Below, piece by piece: positions 17,931 to 28,011 of a stretch of DNA of 64,000 bases. Below the pieces are notes generated by a model. It saw nothing but the letters and a program-made list of their open reading frames with translations, was not told the DNA's origin and did no database searches. Source of the DNA: Alphaproteobacteria bacterium. GTDB lineage: Bacteria; Pseudomonadota; Alphaproteobacteria; GCA-2731375. How positions within the stretch are numbered: position 1 is the stretch's first letter; each line of letters starts with the position of its first letter. Location of the stretch: assembly GCA_965225945.1 (NCBI GenBank), contig CBDDBZ010000032.1, positions 1 to 64,000 on the forward strand, given 5' to 3'. The position numbers and the translations under genes were made by a program.

Positions 17931-19154
17931 CACAGTACACGGCTCGTTCATGCTGGCTTTGGCCTGGGCACCTGGACTGGTGGTTTTCCGGGGACGAGGA
18001 AACGAATCAGCTCAATGGCTTGACGCCTGTCGATAGGATTGACGAGCTGTCGCCTTATCCACTCGAAACCGTATCGGAAGATGGATTTTGCCATCCTTTT
18101 GTGGGTTTTGAGGCGGATCGGCTCGGCCTCGTGGAGCCAATCGCCGACTTTGTGCGCCCAGCAGAAGGTGATGGAAAGGACGGCGGTGAGCTTGGAGATG
18201 CGCTCCGGGTCGGTCATGTGGGTGTCTTCGAGGTTGAAGCCACGGGTTTTCAAGGCGGCGAAGAGGGTCTCGATTTGCCAGCGCTGGGCGTAGATGGCCA
18301 AGGCCTCCTCGGGCGCGTCGTTGGTCACGACGATCAACAGTTCGCCGGTCTTGAGATGGAGCGCGGCGACGAAGACGGGCCTGGCCTTGGGTTTTCTGGC
18401 CTCCGAGAGGCGCCTGGCGTTGGAGAGGATGCGGCTTTCCCCGGGTTTGAGGTCGCGAAACAGCTCCCTCGCCTTGACCATGCGACCACGCGTGTTGGCG
18501 ATCTTGATGTTGGATCGGATGCGGATGTGAAAGGGGATGGCCTTTTCCTGCAACCATGCCAGCCAGGCGTCGCCGATGAATTCCCGGTCGGCCAGGAGGC
18601 TGGCGATCTTGTCGACCCCGAAGAGCCGGAGGACGTGTTCGAGGATCGCGATCCGCTCCTTGGTATTGGAATTGCCCGCCTTGTCGAGCACCCGCCAGCA
18701 CACGGGAATGGCGATGGCGCGGTTGACGATGCCGATCATCAAGATGTTGACGTCGCGGCGACCCAGCCGCCAGTTGGTCCGGTCCATGGTCAGCCGCCAC
18801 GGCCCCGCCTGGAGCCCCATCATCGCGACCAGGAACTCGGCGAGGCGATCGTAATCGAAATCGACTTGCTCGAAAAACCGTTGCAGGCGCCGATAGTTGG
18901 AGCTGGATCGCGCGCGCCCCGGAAAGTGGCAGGCCAAGTGAGAGAGGTTCACCGTCCGGGCGACGAACACGCCGAAGACCAAGACGCAAAGGCTCTCCAG
19001 ACGGCTCTTGCGAAAGGCGAAGCCGCATCGTAGCGTCTCACGCAGGGCGTTGATCGGGTTGTCTCGCATGATTTCCCTCTTGACTCGTCGTGGAGTGAAT
19101 CGGGAATCCTACAACCTTTTCAACGTCCTACGTAAATGCCGTCGTGTACCATGG
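17930..19154 (-). mobile_element. IS4-family element, full copy
   Basis: Imperfect TIR CCACAGTACACG / CCATGGTACACG; second, truncated copy at 57788. Confidence 0.85.
17948..19069 (-). CDS. IS4-family transposase
   Basis: MDRTNW, LADREF, YAQRWQIE..K (YREK) motifs. Confidence 0.92.
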   Translation of the reverse strand: MRDNPINALRETLRCGFAFRKSRLESLCVLVFGVFVARTVNLSHLACHFPGRARSSSNYRRLQRFFEQVDFDYDRLAEFLVAMMGLQAGPWRLTMDRTNWRLGRRDVNILMIGIVNRAIAIPVCWRVLDKAGNSNTKERIAILEHVLRLFGVDKIASLLADREFIGDAWLAWLQEKAIPFHIRIRSNIKIANTRGRMVKARELFRDLKPGESRILSNARRLSEARKPKARPVFVAALHLKTGELLIVVTNDAPEEALAIYAQRWQIETLFAALKTRGFNLEDTHMTDPERISKLTAVLSITFCWAHKVGDWLHEAEPIRLKTHKRMAKSIFRYGFEWIRRQLVNPIDRRQAIELIRFLVPGKPPVQVPRPKPA

Positions 19155-20099
19155 AAACGCCCTAGTGTCCCGATCGGTAAATTAATATGATTATGTCTCT
19201 GTTCGTTTTCAGGAGGCATGATCGATGGCAAGAGTGGCTGTGACGATTTCTCTGAGCAATGACGAGCGCGCCGAATTGGAGGCGCTGTCTCGTCGTCGCA
19301 AGACGTCGCAGGGGCTTGCGCGGCGGGCTCGGATCGTCTTGGCGGCGGCGGAAGGGTTGGAGAACAAGGAGATCGCCGTTCGTCTCGAGGCGAGCGCGGA
19401 CACCGTGGGCAAGTGGCGTCGCCGCTATGCGGCGGAGGGCCTCGACGGTCTGTACGACGAACCCCGCCCCGGCGCGCCGCGCCAAATCGGCGATGACGCC
19501 ATCGCGGAAGCGGTCCGGCTGACGCTGGAAGAGACGCCGCCCGACGCGACCCATTGGAGCCTTCGCTCGATGGCACGGGCGAGCGGCCACGCGCCCTCGA
19601 CCATTCACCGGATCTGGCGGGCCTTCGGCTTGCAGCCGCATCGCTCGGAGACCTTCAAGTTGTCGAGCGATCCGTTTTTCGTGGAGAAGGTCCGCGACAT
19701 CGTCGGTCTGTATTTGGCGCCGCCGGATCGTGCCCTGGTTCTCTGTGTCGACGAAAAGAGCCAGATCCAGGCCCTGGACCGTTCCCAACCTCTCTTGCCG
19801 ATGCGCCCCGGGCAAGCGGAGCGGCGCAGCCACGACTACAAACGCCACGGCACGACCTCTCTCTTCGCGGCCCTCGACATCGCCACGGGAGAGATCTGTC
19901 AATCGGCGTTGAACATTGACCCCCTATCGGCGTGCAATGTTGACCCCTTTGGGGATGCACGGCGGAGGTCGTACAGGTAGTCCATAGGAGGGGCCCGCGC
20001 GCGGGCCGACGCGCCCACCACGCGGCTGGCGGCGGACCGCGCGTGGGAGGTTCCTGTGGGCCCACCTGGGCGACCGGGCGGCAGGTGGATCGGTTGCCT

Positions 20100-20828
20100 T
20101 TAGGACCGATTCTTGAAGCGCCAGGAGTCGTTTCCGGTCTCGATGATCTCGCAGTGGTGCGTCAGACGATCGAGGAGCGCGGTGGTCATCTTGGCGTCGC
20201 CGAAGACGGACGGCCATTCGCCGAAGGTCAGGTTGGTGGTGACGATGATCGAGGTGCGCTCGTAGAGCCGGCTGACGAGGTGGAACAGCAGCTGGCCTCC
20301 GGTTTGGGCGAAGGGCAGGTAGCCGAGCTCGTCGAGGATGACGAGGTCGCGCCGGGCCAGCTGATCGGCGAGCCGGCCCTGGCGGCCGGCGCGGGCTTCG
20401 GCCTCGAGCCGGTTGACCAGGTCGACGACGTTGAAGAAGCGGCCCCGGGCGCCATCGCGGATGCAGGCCCGCGCGATGGTGACGGCGAGATGGCTCTTGC
20501 CGGTGCCGGTGCCGCCGATCAGCACGGCGTTGCGCTGGTTGGCCAGGAAGCCGCCGACCGCCAACTCGCGGACCAGCGGCTCGTTGACCGGGGTGTCGGT
20601 GAAGTCGAAGTCGGCCAGCTCCTTGGCCAGCGGCAGCTTGGCGCCACTCATCTGGTACTTGATGGATCGCGCCTGCTTGTCGGCGATCTCGGCCTTCAAC
20701 AGCTCGCCGATGATTCGCTGCATCGGATGCTGGCGCTTGAGGCCGTCGGCGAGCACCTCGTCGAACGCGTCGCGCATGCCGGCGAGCTTGAGTGCGGCCA
20801 TCATCTCCAGGACCTCATGGCGCTCCAT
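20100..20828 (-). CDS. istB: IS21 helper ATPase IstB
   Basis: [23 protein letters not shown]. Confidence 0.95.
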   Translation of the reverse strand: MERHEVLEMMAALKLAGMRDAFDEVLADGLKRQHPMQRIIGELLKAEIADKQARSIKYQMSGAKLPLAKELADFDFTDTPVNEPLVRELAVGGFLANQRNAVLIGGTGTGKSHLAVTIARACIRDGARGRFFNVVDLVNRLEAEARAGRQGRLADQLARRDLVILDELGYLPFAQTGGQLLFHLVSRLYERTSIIVTTNLTFGEWPSVFGDAKMTTALLDRLTHHCEIIETGNDSWRFKNRS

Positions 20829-22326
20829 GGCCGACCCCCCTCAAGCGGTCGTAGCGGGTGCAATCGGCCACCGGCTCAAAGCGAAGACGCAGGTTCGCGG
20901 GCGTCGGGATCGGCGCCGTCTCGGACGGCTGGCGCCGACGATTGAGGATGTTGAGCACGACGTCGGCGCTGCACACGCCGCCAGCGAGCGCCTCGGCACA
21001 GGCGGCCTCCACCGCCGCCAGCCCATCCGCCAGCACGGCGGTGAGGATCTCGACCATCTGCCTGTCGCCGTCGTCGTGGCCGGCGAGCCGGACGCGCACG
21101 CGACCCAGGGCGCCGGGCAGCGCCCAGTCCTTGAACGGCGCGCCGTTACGAAGCGCACCGGGCTTCCTCGCCAGCACGGGCACGTAGTGCCACGGGTCAT
21201 AGACGGTCTGGTCGCGGCCGAAGCGCCGGACATGCTCGGCGACGATCTCGCCGTCCTGGCGGATGACGATGCGATCGGCGTAGGCATGGACCTCGACCGG
21301 ACGGCCGACGGCGCGCGCCGCCACGCTGTACTTGTTGCTGTCGAAGCGCACCAGGCAGGTCTTCGACACCGACGCCGGGACCGCGTGGAAGCCGTCGAAC
21401 GACCCGCGATAGCCGACCAGGGACGGACGCTCGTCCTCGAACACCTGCCAGACAGTCCTGTCCTTGAACACCGGGTGGGGATGACGCCGGGCGTAGGCGA
21501 CGCACTGGTCCAAGAGCCAGGCGTTGAGCTCGTCGTAGGTCTTGAAGCGCAGCCGCGGGGTGAAGAACCGACCGCGGATGATCCCGACCTGGTTCTCGAC
21601 CTGCCCCTTCTCCCATCCCGCTCCCGGCGTGCATGCTGTCGGTTCGACCAGGTAGTGGCCACACATCTGCACGAAGCGCCGGTTGAACGCGCGCTCCTTG
21701 CCGATGAGGACGGTCTGCACCGCCGTCTTCATGTTGTCGTAGATGCCTCGCCGGCAGGCACCCTGGAACAGCCGGAATGCCCGGTCGTGGGCGTCGAACA
21801 CCATCTCCTGGCTCTCGCGCGGATAAGCGCGGACGAAGAACATTCGGCTGTGGCACAGCCGGACGTGCGCGACCTTGACCTTGGTCGTCACCCCCGCCAG
21901 CACCACGTACTCGTGGCTCCAGTCGAACTGATAGGCCTCGCCCGGCGAGAACACCAACGGCACATAGGTCTGCGCCGTCGATGCCGAACGGCGCCACCGC
22001 CACGCCTTGGCGTAGCGCCGCACCGCGTCGTAGCCGCCGCCATAGCCCAGACCCTCGAGGGCTTCGGAGATCCGTAGCAGCGTCAGCCGCTCCCGCTTCG
22101 ACTTGGTCTCGTTGGCCTCCAGCATCCGCTCCAGCTCGGCCGTCCACGGCCCCAGCTTCGGCATCGGCTGGACCCGCCGGTCGTAGGTGAACGCCGTCGC
22201 CTGCGAACGGATCACCTTGCGCACCGTGTTGCCCGAGACCTTCACGTCCCGCACGATCTCCTTGATCGGCTTCCCCTTGACGAAATACTCCCGCCGGATC
22301 CGCGCTATCGTCTCCACGACCAACAT
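20815..22326 (-). CDS. istA: IS21 transposase IstA
   Basis: [24 protein letters not shown] motifs. Confidence 0.95.
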   Translation of the reverse strand: MLVVETIARIRREYFVKGKPIKEIVRDVKVSGNTVRKVIRSQATAFTYDRRVQPMPKLGPWTAELERMLEANETKSKRERLTLLRISEALEGLGYGGGYDAVRRYAKAWRWRRSASTAQTYVPLVFSPGEAYQFDWSHEYVVLAGVTTKVKVAHVRLCHSRMFFVRAYPRESQEMVFDAHDRAFRLFQGACRRGIYDNMKTAVQTVLIGKERAFNRRFVQMCGHYLVEPTACTPGAGWEKGQVENQVGIIRGRFFTPRLRFKTYDELNAWLLDQCVAYARRHPHPVFKDRTVWQVFEDERPSLVGYRGSFDGFHAVPASVSKTCLVRFDSNKYSVAARAVGRPVEVHAYADRIVIRQDGEIVAEHVRRFGRDQTVYDPWHYVPVLARKPGALRNGAPFKDWALPGALGRVRVRLAGHDDGDRQMVEILTAVLADGLAAVEAACAEALAGGVCSADVVLNILNRRRQPSETAPIPTPANLRLRFEPVADCTRYDRLRGVGHGAP

Positions 22327-22892
22327 CCCCCACCACCTCGTCCGCCCAAAAACGAGGTGACTTGGACTAGCCAGGCTCAGGGGGTCAAATTTGGACGCCG
22401 ATCACCCCTCAACAGGGGTCAACTTTGCACGCCGTTCCACAAGATCATCGGCCGATGCTTCCCGCGCCATCGGGCCCGTGAGTTCCGCAAATTCCTCGAC
22501 CTCATCGAGGCGAACGTCCCTGGTGATCTCGACATCCACGTCGTCATGGACAACTACGGGACCCACAAGACCAAGTCGATCCGCGACTGGTTCGCCAAAC
22601 GGCCGCGCTGGCAGGCCCATTTCACACCCACCAGCGCCTCCTGGCTCAACCAGGTCGAGCGCTGGTTCGGGCTGCTGACCGACAAACAGATCAGGCGCGG
22701 CGTCCATCGCTCCACCAAGGAGCTGGAGCGCACCATCCTCGACTACATCGACACGACAAACCAGAACCCCAAACCCTTCAAATGGACCAAATCCGCCGAT
22801 GACATCCTCGCCGCCATCCAGCGCTTCTGCCTCCGAACAATCGAAACCGCTGAACAACAGGCGAAAATCATGCGAACTTCGGAATCGGGACC

Positions 22893-23975
22893 CTAGTGTA
22901 CCGACTCTAACGCCTGTCGCCCACGAGCGACTTTTTCGAGTATGGCGGTGGCGGAAGCGGTCCATACGAAGGGTTTTGGATCGGCATTGTGGTGCTCGAG
23001 GTATTCCTGAATGGCTGTTTCGAGTTCGGCGACGCTCTTGAACACGCCGCAACGGATTTGATCGCTGGTGATCAGGCCGAAGAAGCGTTCGACCTGGCTG
23101 AGCCAGGAGGCGGATGTCGGAGTGAAGTGCATATGGAAGCGAGGATGTTTTGCCAACCACGCCTTGACCTTGGGATGCTTGTGGGTGGCGTAGTTGTCGG
23201 CGATCAGATGCAGGTCGAGCTTCTTGGGCGTCTCGGCGTCGATACGGCGCAGGAATTTCAGCCATTCCTGATGGCGGTGCCGCTTCATGCAGTGGCCGAT
23301 GACCTTGCCGGTGGCGACGTCGAGCGCGGCGAACAATGTCGTCGTGCCGTGGCGCTTGTAGTCATGCGTCATGGTGCCGGCTCGGCCCTTCTTGATCGGC
23401 AAGCCGGGCTGTGTGCGGTCGAGCGCCTGGATCTGGCTCTTCTCGTCGACCGAGAGAACCAGCGCCTTGTCCGGCGGATCGAGATAGAGACCGACGATAT
23501 CGCGCACCTTCTCGACGAAGTGCTCGTCATTCGACAGCTTGAAGGTCTTCACCAGGTGCGGCTTGAGGCCGTGCGCCTTCCAGATCCGCTGCACGCTGGT
23601 GTAGCTGAGGCCGACGGCACGGGCCATCTTGCGGATGCTCCAATGCGTCGCCGCCTCCGGCGTCTCGTGCAAGGTCTTATGCACAACCCGCTCGATCACC
23701 TCGGCGCTCAGCGGCGGCTTGCGTCCCGGTCGCGTCGCATCGCGGCGCAGTCCGGCGATGCCTTTGGCAAGGTAGCGCTCCTGCCAGCGCCACACCGTCA
23801 CCTTACTTTTGCCGACCAACCGGACGATCGTCATCGTGCCGATCCCGTCAGCCGACAGCAACACGATCCGTGCCCGCCAAACCAGCTTCTGCGGCGTGTT
23901 CCGCCCAGAAACCAACCCTTCCAGCGTCGCCCGCTCCGCGGGAGACAGCCAGATGCATGCCAATGTCTTCGTCAT
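22893..23975 (-). CDS. IS630-family transposase (type B); element about 22893-24040
   Basis: [25 protein letters not shown]; TIRs gtgtaccgactctaac / gttaggatcggaacac. Confidence 0.93.
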   Translation of the reverse strand: MTKTLACIWLSPAERATLEGLVSGRNTPQKLVWRARIVLLSADGIGTMTIVRLVGKSKVTVWRWQERYLAKGIAGLRRDATRPGRKPPLSAEVIERVVHKTLHETPEAATHWSIRKMARAVGLSYTSVQRIWKAHGLKPHLVKTFKLSNDEHFVEKVRDIVGLYLDPPDKALVLSVDEKSQIQALDRTQPGLPIKKGRAGTMTHDYKRHGTTTLFAALDVATGKVIGHCMKRHRHQEWLKFLRRIDAETPKKLDLHLIADNYATHKHPKVKAWLAKHPRFHMHFTPTSASWLSQVERFFGLITSDQIRCGVFKSVAELETAIQEYLEHHNADPKPFVWTASATAILEKVARGRQALESVH

Positions 23976-24096
23976 GTCATTCCCCCAGAATCGCAGAACG
24001 CAAGCCCTTTGGGAAACTTTTGTTAGGATCGGAACACTGGTGTCCTGATCGATAAATTGATATGATTATATCTCTATTTGTTTTCAGGAGGCGCGA

Positions 24097-25221
24097 TTGA
24101 TGGCGAGAGTGGCGGTGACGATCTCTTTGAGCGATGACGAGCGCGCCGAATTGGAGGCGCTGTCTCGTCGTCGCAAGACGTCGCAGGGGCTTGCGCGGCG
24201 GGCTCGGATCGTCTTGGCGGCGGCGGAAGGGTTGGAGAACAAGGAGATCGCCGTTCGTCTCGAGGCGAGCGCGGACACCGTGGGCAAGTGGCGTCGCCGC
24301 TATGCGGCGGAGGGCCTCGACGGTCTGTACGACGAACCCCGCCCCGGCGCGCCGCGTCAAATCGGCGATGACGCCATCGCGGAAGCGGTCCGGCTGACGC
24401 TGGAAGAGACGCCGCCGGACGCGACCCATTGGAGCCTTCGCTCGATGGCGCGGGCGAGCGGCCACGCGCCCTCGACCATTCATCGCATCTGGCGGGCCTT
24501 CGGCTTGCAGCCGCATCGCTCGGAGACCTTCAAGCTGTCGAGCGATCCCTTCTTCGTGGAGAAGGTCCGCGACATCGTCGGTCTGTATTTGGCGCCGCCG
24601 GATCGTGCCCTGGTTCTCTGTGTCGACGAAAAGAGCCAGATCCAGGCCTTGGACCGTTCCCAGCCCCTCTTGCCGATGCGCCCCGGGCAGGCGGAGCGGC
24701 GCAGCCACGACTACAAGCGCCACGGCACGACCTCTCTCTTCGCGGCCCTCGACATCGCCACGGGAGAGATCATCGGCAAATGTTTCCCGCGCCATCGGGC
24801 CCGAGAGTTCCGCAAATTCCTCGACCTCGTCGAGGCGAACGTCCCTGGTGATCTCGACATCCACATCGTCATGGACAACTACGGGACCCACAAGACCAAG
24901 GCGATCCGCGACTGGTTCGCCAAACGGCCGCGCTGGCAGGCCCATTTCACACCCACCAGCGCCTCCTGGCTGAACCAGGTCGAGCGCTGGTTCGGGCTGC
25001 TGACCGACAAGCAGATCAGGCGCGGCGTCCATCGCTCCACCAAGGAGTTGGAGCGCACCATCCTCGACTACATCGACACGACAAACCAGAACCCCAAACC
25101 CTTCAAATGGACCAAATCCGCCGATGACATCCTCGGCGCCATCCAGCGCTTCTGCCTCCGAACAATCGAAACCGCTGAACAGCAGGCGAAAATCATGCGA
25201 ACTTCGGAATCGGGACACTAG
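24097..25221 (+). CDS. IS630-family transposase (type A), intact; element about 24037-25221
   Basis: [25 protein letters not shown]. Confidence 0.94.
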   Translation: MMARVAVTISLSDDERAELEALSRRRKTSQGLARRARIVLAAAEGLENKEIAVRLEASADTVGKWRRRYAAEGLDGLYDEPRPGAPRQIGDDAIAEAVRLTLEETPPDATHWSLRSMARASGHAPSTIHRIWRAFGLQPHRSETFKLSSDPFFVEKVRDIVGLYLAPPDRALVLCVDEKSQIQALDRSQPLLPMRPGQAERRSHDYKRHGTTSLFAALDIATGEIIGKCFPRHRAREFRKFLDLVEANVPGDLDIHIVMDNYGTHKTKAIRDWFAKRPRWQAHFTPTSASWLNQVERWFGLLTDKQIRRGVHRSTKELERTILDYIDTTNQNPKPFKWTKSADDILGAIQRFCLRTIETAEQQAKIMRTSESGH

Positions 25222-25526
25222 ATCGGCATCCGAATGACGTCTTGGTACGCCTGGATGACCTGATCGCGAATGGAGACCACGGTCTGGAGCGTGAGCTCGG
25301 CGTCGGCAACCGCGGTCACCACGTCAATCAACTCGCCCTGGCGCGCGGCCGCCTGCAATCCGACGGTCTCGGTGCGCCGGGCGGCCTCCAGTCCATCGCT
25401 GACGACGTCGCGCACGAGATCGGCGAACTTGGGTGCGCCGTCCGCTTGGGGGGTCGTCGCGCCGGCGGAATTTCTTCCCAACGCCTCGGCATAGGCGGCG
25501 CCGGCTTCGATCGCCTTGATGCTCAT
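25218..25526 (-). CDS. fliE: Flagellar hook-basal body protein FliE
   Basis: [35 protein letters not shown]; follows flgC. Confidence 0.93.
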   Translation of the reverse strand: MSIKAIEAGAAYAEALGRNSAGATTPQADGAPKFADLVRDVVSDGLEAARRTETVGLQAAARQGELIDVVTAVADAELTLQTVVSIRDQVIQAYQDVIRMPI

Positions 25527-25572
25527 CGGCTCATCTCCCTTGCTTCCGAATTCGTCGCGGCGGGCCGTCGAA

Positions 25573-25983
25573 TCAGCCGCGGATCAACTCGATCGTGCGG
25601 CTGATCATTTTCTTCATCGCCTCGATCACCATGGCGTTGGCCTCATAGCTGCGCTGCGCCTCGCGCATGTCCATCGCTTCGACCAAGGCGTTGACGTTGG
25701 GCAGTCGCACGTAGCCATCGGCGTTGGCGCCCGGATGCTGGGGGTCGTGGCGGAGTCCGAACTCGGCTTTGTCGCCGCGAACCCGAGCGATTTGGACCAG
25801 CGTGACGCCGACCGCGCGATCGAGGACGTTGCGAAAACTGACCAGCTTTCGCCGATAGGGCTCCTCGTTCACATTCAGCGGCTCGGTGCCGGCGTTGGCC
25901 AGGTTTTCCGCGATCACCCGCATGCGGTGGCGCTGGGCGCGCATGCCGGAGGCCGAGATCATGATCGTCCGGTTCAGTTCCAT
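25573..25983 (-). CDS. flgC: Flagellar basal-body rod protein FlgC
   Basis: ISASGMRAQR..AENLAN; HPGANADGYV.LPNVN; RSYEAN. Confidence 0.95.
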   Translation of the reverse strand: MELNRTIMISASGMRAQRHRMRVIAENLANAGTEPLNVNEEPYRRKLVSFRNVLDRAVGVTLVQIARVRGDKAEFGLRHDPQHPGANADGYVRLPNVNALVEAMDMREAQRSYEANAMVIEAMKKMISRTIELIRG

Positions 25984-26017
25984 GGCGCCGATCCTTTCTC
26001 CCCCGCGCCGTCGCCGG

Positions 26018-26422
26018 CTAGCGGCGGCTCAGCACGCTCTTCAGCATCGCGATGTGCTTGCCGTAGAGGTTGCTCACCAAGTGATAGGAGGCACCGGTCT
26101 CCGAAAGCTTCAGCATCTCCTCCTCCAGCACCACCGAATTACCCGTCGGCGTCGCGTTGGAGGCGCCGTGCCGCGTGGTCCGGATGCGGAAGCGCTGCGC
26201 GCCACCCGCGTCGGCGAAGTGGACGGGATGGGTCCGCTCCGGCGCCAACCGATCACGAGCTGCCCGCAGCATCGTCCCGAAATCCAGCTCCGCCAGGTCG
26301 CGTGCCTCGTAACCGGGGGTATCGGCGTTGGCGACATTGCTCGCGATCACGCCCTGGCGCTCGTGCAGCCAGCGCATGCGTGCCGCCAACGCGGCGAACA
26401 GCGGCATGTATTCCAGTTGCAC
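26018..26422 (-). CDS. flgB: Flagellar basal-body rod protein FlgB
   Basis: RQGVIASNVANADTPGY; GNSVVLEEEM. Confidence 0.93.
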   Translation of the reverse strand: MQLEYMPLFAALAARMRWLHERQGVIASNVANADTPGYEARDLAELDFGTMLRAARDRLAPERTHPVHFADAGGAQRFRIRTTRHGASNATPTGNSVVLEEEMLKLSETGASYHLVSNLYGKHIAMLKSVLSRR

Positions 26423-26460
26423 GGCGCGCGGCCTCGCGATGGTCCCAGCGGATCGAGGTC

Positions 26461-26512
26461 GAAGTCTCGGTCTTCGCGCTTAACAAGAAGTCTCGGTCTT
26501 CGCGCTTAACAA
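26461..26512. repeat. 26-bp perfect tandem duplication in the flgB/fliO divergent promoter region
   Basis: gaagtctcggtcttcgcgcttaacaa x2. Confidence 0.95.
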
Positions 26513-26560
26513 AGGGTAAAGTCGTCGGAGGATCGCGCGTGCGCGTTGAAGTTTTGTTAA
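26506..26560. promoter_or_regulatory. Two CtrA-box-like motifs
   Basis: TTAA-N7-TAAA (26506-26520) and TTGA-N7-TTAA (26546-26560) versus consensus TTAA-N7-TTAA, between flagellar operons. Confidence 0.6.
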
Positions 26561-26631
26561 GCATAGTGGGGGAGATTGGTGGCCATCGAACGAGGCGGAT
26601 TGGTCCGCGCCCACACGAGGCCACGACGATC

Positions 26632-26931
26632 ATGCAGTCCCCCGCGCCGACCCTTCAGGACCATATCGCCTTGGTCGCCCGAGACATCTCGGCAGCGCGC
26701 GACGGCATCGGGACTGGCCTCACGCCCGATCTCGACGGCATGGGCGTCAGGGCCGCTCGACTCTGCCGCGACATCGTCGAATCGCCGCGCGAGAGGGCGC
26801 GATCCTGCGCCCCGGCGTTGGAGGCGCTGCTGGCGGAGTTGGACGGCCTGGTAAAGGAGATAGAGAGCCACCGCGAGCAGTTGACGCACCGCCTGGCGGC
26901 CATGGGTCTGGAGGGGATTCGGACGCCCTGA
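26632..26931 (+). CDS. Hypothetical protein upstream of fliO
   Basis: 99-aa helical ORF whose TGA overlaps the fliO ATG. Confidence 0.65.
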   Translation: MQSPAPTLQDHIALVARDISAARDGIGTGLTPDLDGMGVRAARLCRDIVESPRERARSCAPALEALLAELDGLVKEIESHREQLTHRLAAMGLEGIRTP

Positions 26932-27245
26932 TGGACTGGAGCGACTACATTCGTTTCGCGTCGGTGTTGATATTCGTCCTGGCGCTGATCGGCCTGCTGG
27001 CGTGGGTGGCGCGGCGCTTCGGACTCGTGGCCAGGGTGACGCCCGAGGCCGCTAGGGGTCGCCTCGCCGTGGTCGAGGTGCGGGCGATCGACGCCAAGCG
27101 GCGGCTGGTCCTGCTGCGCCGCGATTCGGTGGAACATTTGGTAATGCTGGGCATGAGTCAGGATCTGGTGATCGAGCGGGCGATCCCGTCCTCCGACGCC
27201 GCGCCGGCGAGGCCGGTCCCCACCCGCTCGGAAGATCGCCCGTGA
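26931..27245 (+). CDS. fliO: Flagellar biosynthesis protein FliO
   Basis: N-terminal TM, RLAVVEVRAIDAKRRLVLLRRDSVEHLV; upstream of fliP. Confidence 0.88.
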   Translation: MDWSDYIRFASVLIFVLALIGLLAWVARRFGLVARVTPEAARGRLAVVEVRAIDAKRRLVLLRRDSVEHLVMLGMSQDLVIERAIPSSDAAPARPVPTRSEDRP

Positions 27246-27982
27246 GGCCCCCGATCTTACTCGGCCTGTTGGCGGCCCTGCTCCCGCTGCTCGCGCTCGC
27301 CGATCCGGCGGCGGCGCAGAGCATGACGGTCGACCTCGGCGAGGGCGGCTTCAGTGGCCGTCTGCTACAGCTCTTCCTCGCCGTGACGGTGCTGAGCCTG
27401 GCGCCGTCGATCCTGATCATGGTGACCTCGTTCACGCGGATCGTGATCGTGCTTTCGTTGCCGAGGAGCGCCCTCGGCGTGCAACAGACGCCACCCAACG
27501 TGGTGCTGATCTCTCTCGCGCTCTTCCTCACCGCCTTCGTGATGGCGCCGACCTTCCAGCGCGCCTACGAGGATGCGGTGGCGCCGCTGGTCGCCGAGGA
27601 GATCGACGAAATTCAGGCCCTCGAGCGCGGTACGGCGCCGATGCGCAACTTCATGCTGACTCATGTGCGCGAGAAGGACCTGGTGACCTTCTTCGATCTC
27701 GCCAAGGAGGCGCGGCCGGAAACGGCGGAGGACACGCCGCTTCACGTGCTGATCCCGGCCTTCGTCATCAGCGAACTGCGTCGCGCCTTCGAGATCGGCT
27801 TCCTGGTCTTTATACCTTTCCTCGTCATCGACATGGTGGTGGCCTCGGTGCTGATGTCGATGGGTATGATGATGCTTCCGCCCATCATGATCTCGCTTCC
27901 CTTCAAACTGGTCTTCTTCGTCCTCGTGGACGGGTGGAACCTGATTTCGGCCAGTCTGGTGCAAAGCTTCGGCGGCGGCTGA
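27242..27982 (+). CDS. fliP: Flagellar export pore protein FliP
   Basis: TSFTRIVIV, QQTPPN, PAFVISEL, MGMMMLPP, LVDGW. Confidence 0.96.
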   Translation: MRPPILLGLLAALLPLLALADPAAAQSMTVDLGEGGFSGRLLQLFLAVTVLSLAPSILIMVTSFTRIVIVLSLPRSALGVQQTPPNVVLISLALFLTAFVMAPTFQRAYEDAVAPLVAEEIDEIQALERGTAPMRNFMLTHVREKDLVTFFDLAKEARPETAEDTPLHVLIPAFVISELRRAFEIGFLVFIPFLVIDMVVASVLMSMGMMMLPPIMISLPFKLVFFVLVDGWNLISASLVQSFGGG

Positions 27983-28011
27983 CGGGGAGTCGCCATTTAC
28001 GGCGCATGTTA

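Larger units (their letters stand above)
19897..22441 (-). mobile_element. Complete IS21-family element with 5-bp target duplication AGATC
   Basis: TG...CA termini with repeated TGACCCC motifs; AGATC at 19892-19896 and 22442-22446. Confidence 0.93.
19162..22896 (+). mobile_element. IS630-family element (type A) interrupted by IS21
   Basis: Transposase halves 19225-19896 and 22442-22896 match the intact copy 24097-25221; CTAG at both ends. Confidence 0.92.
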
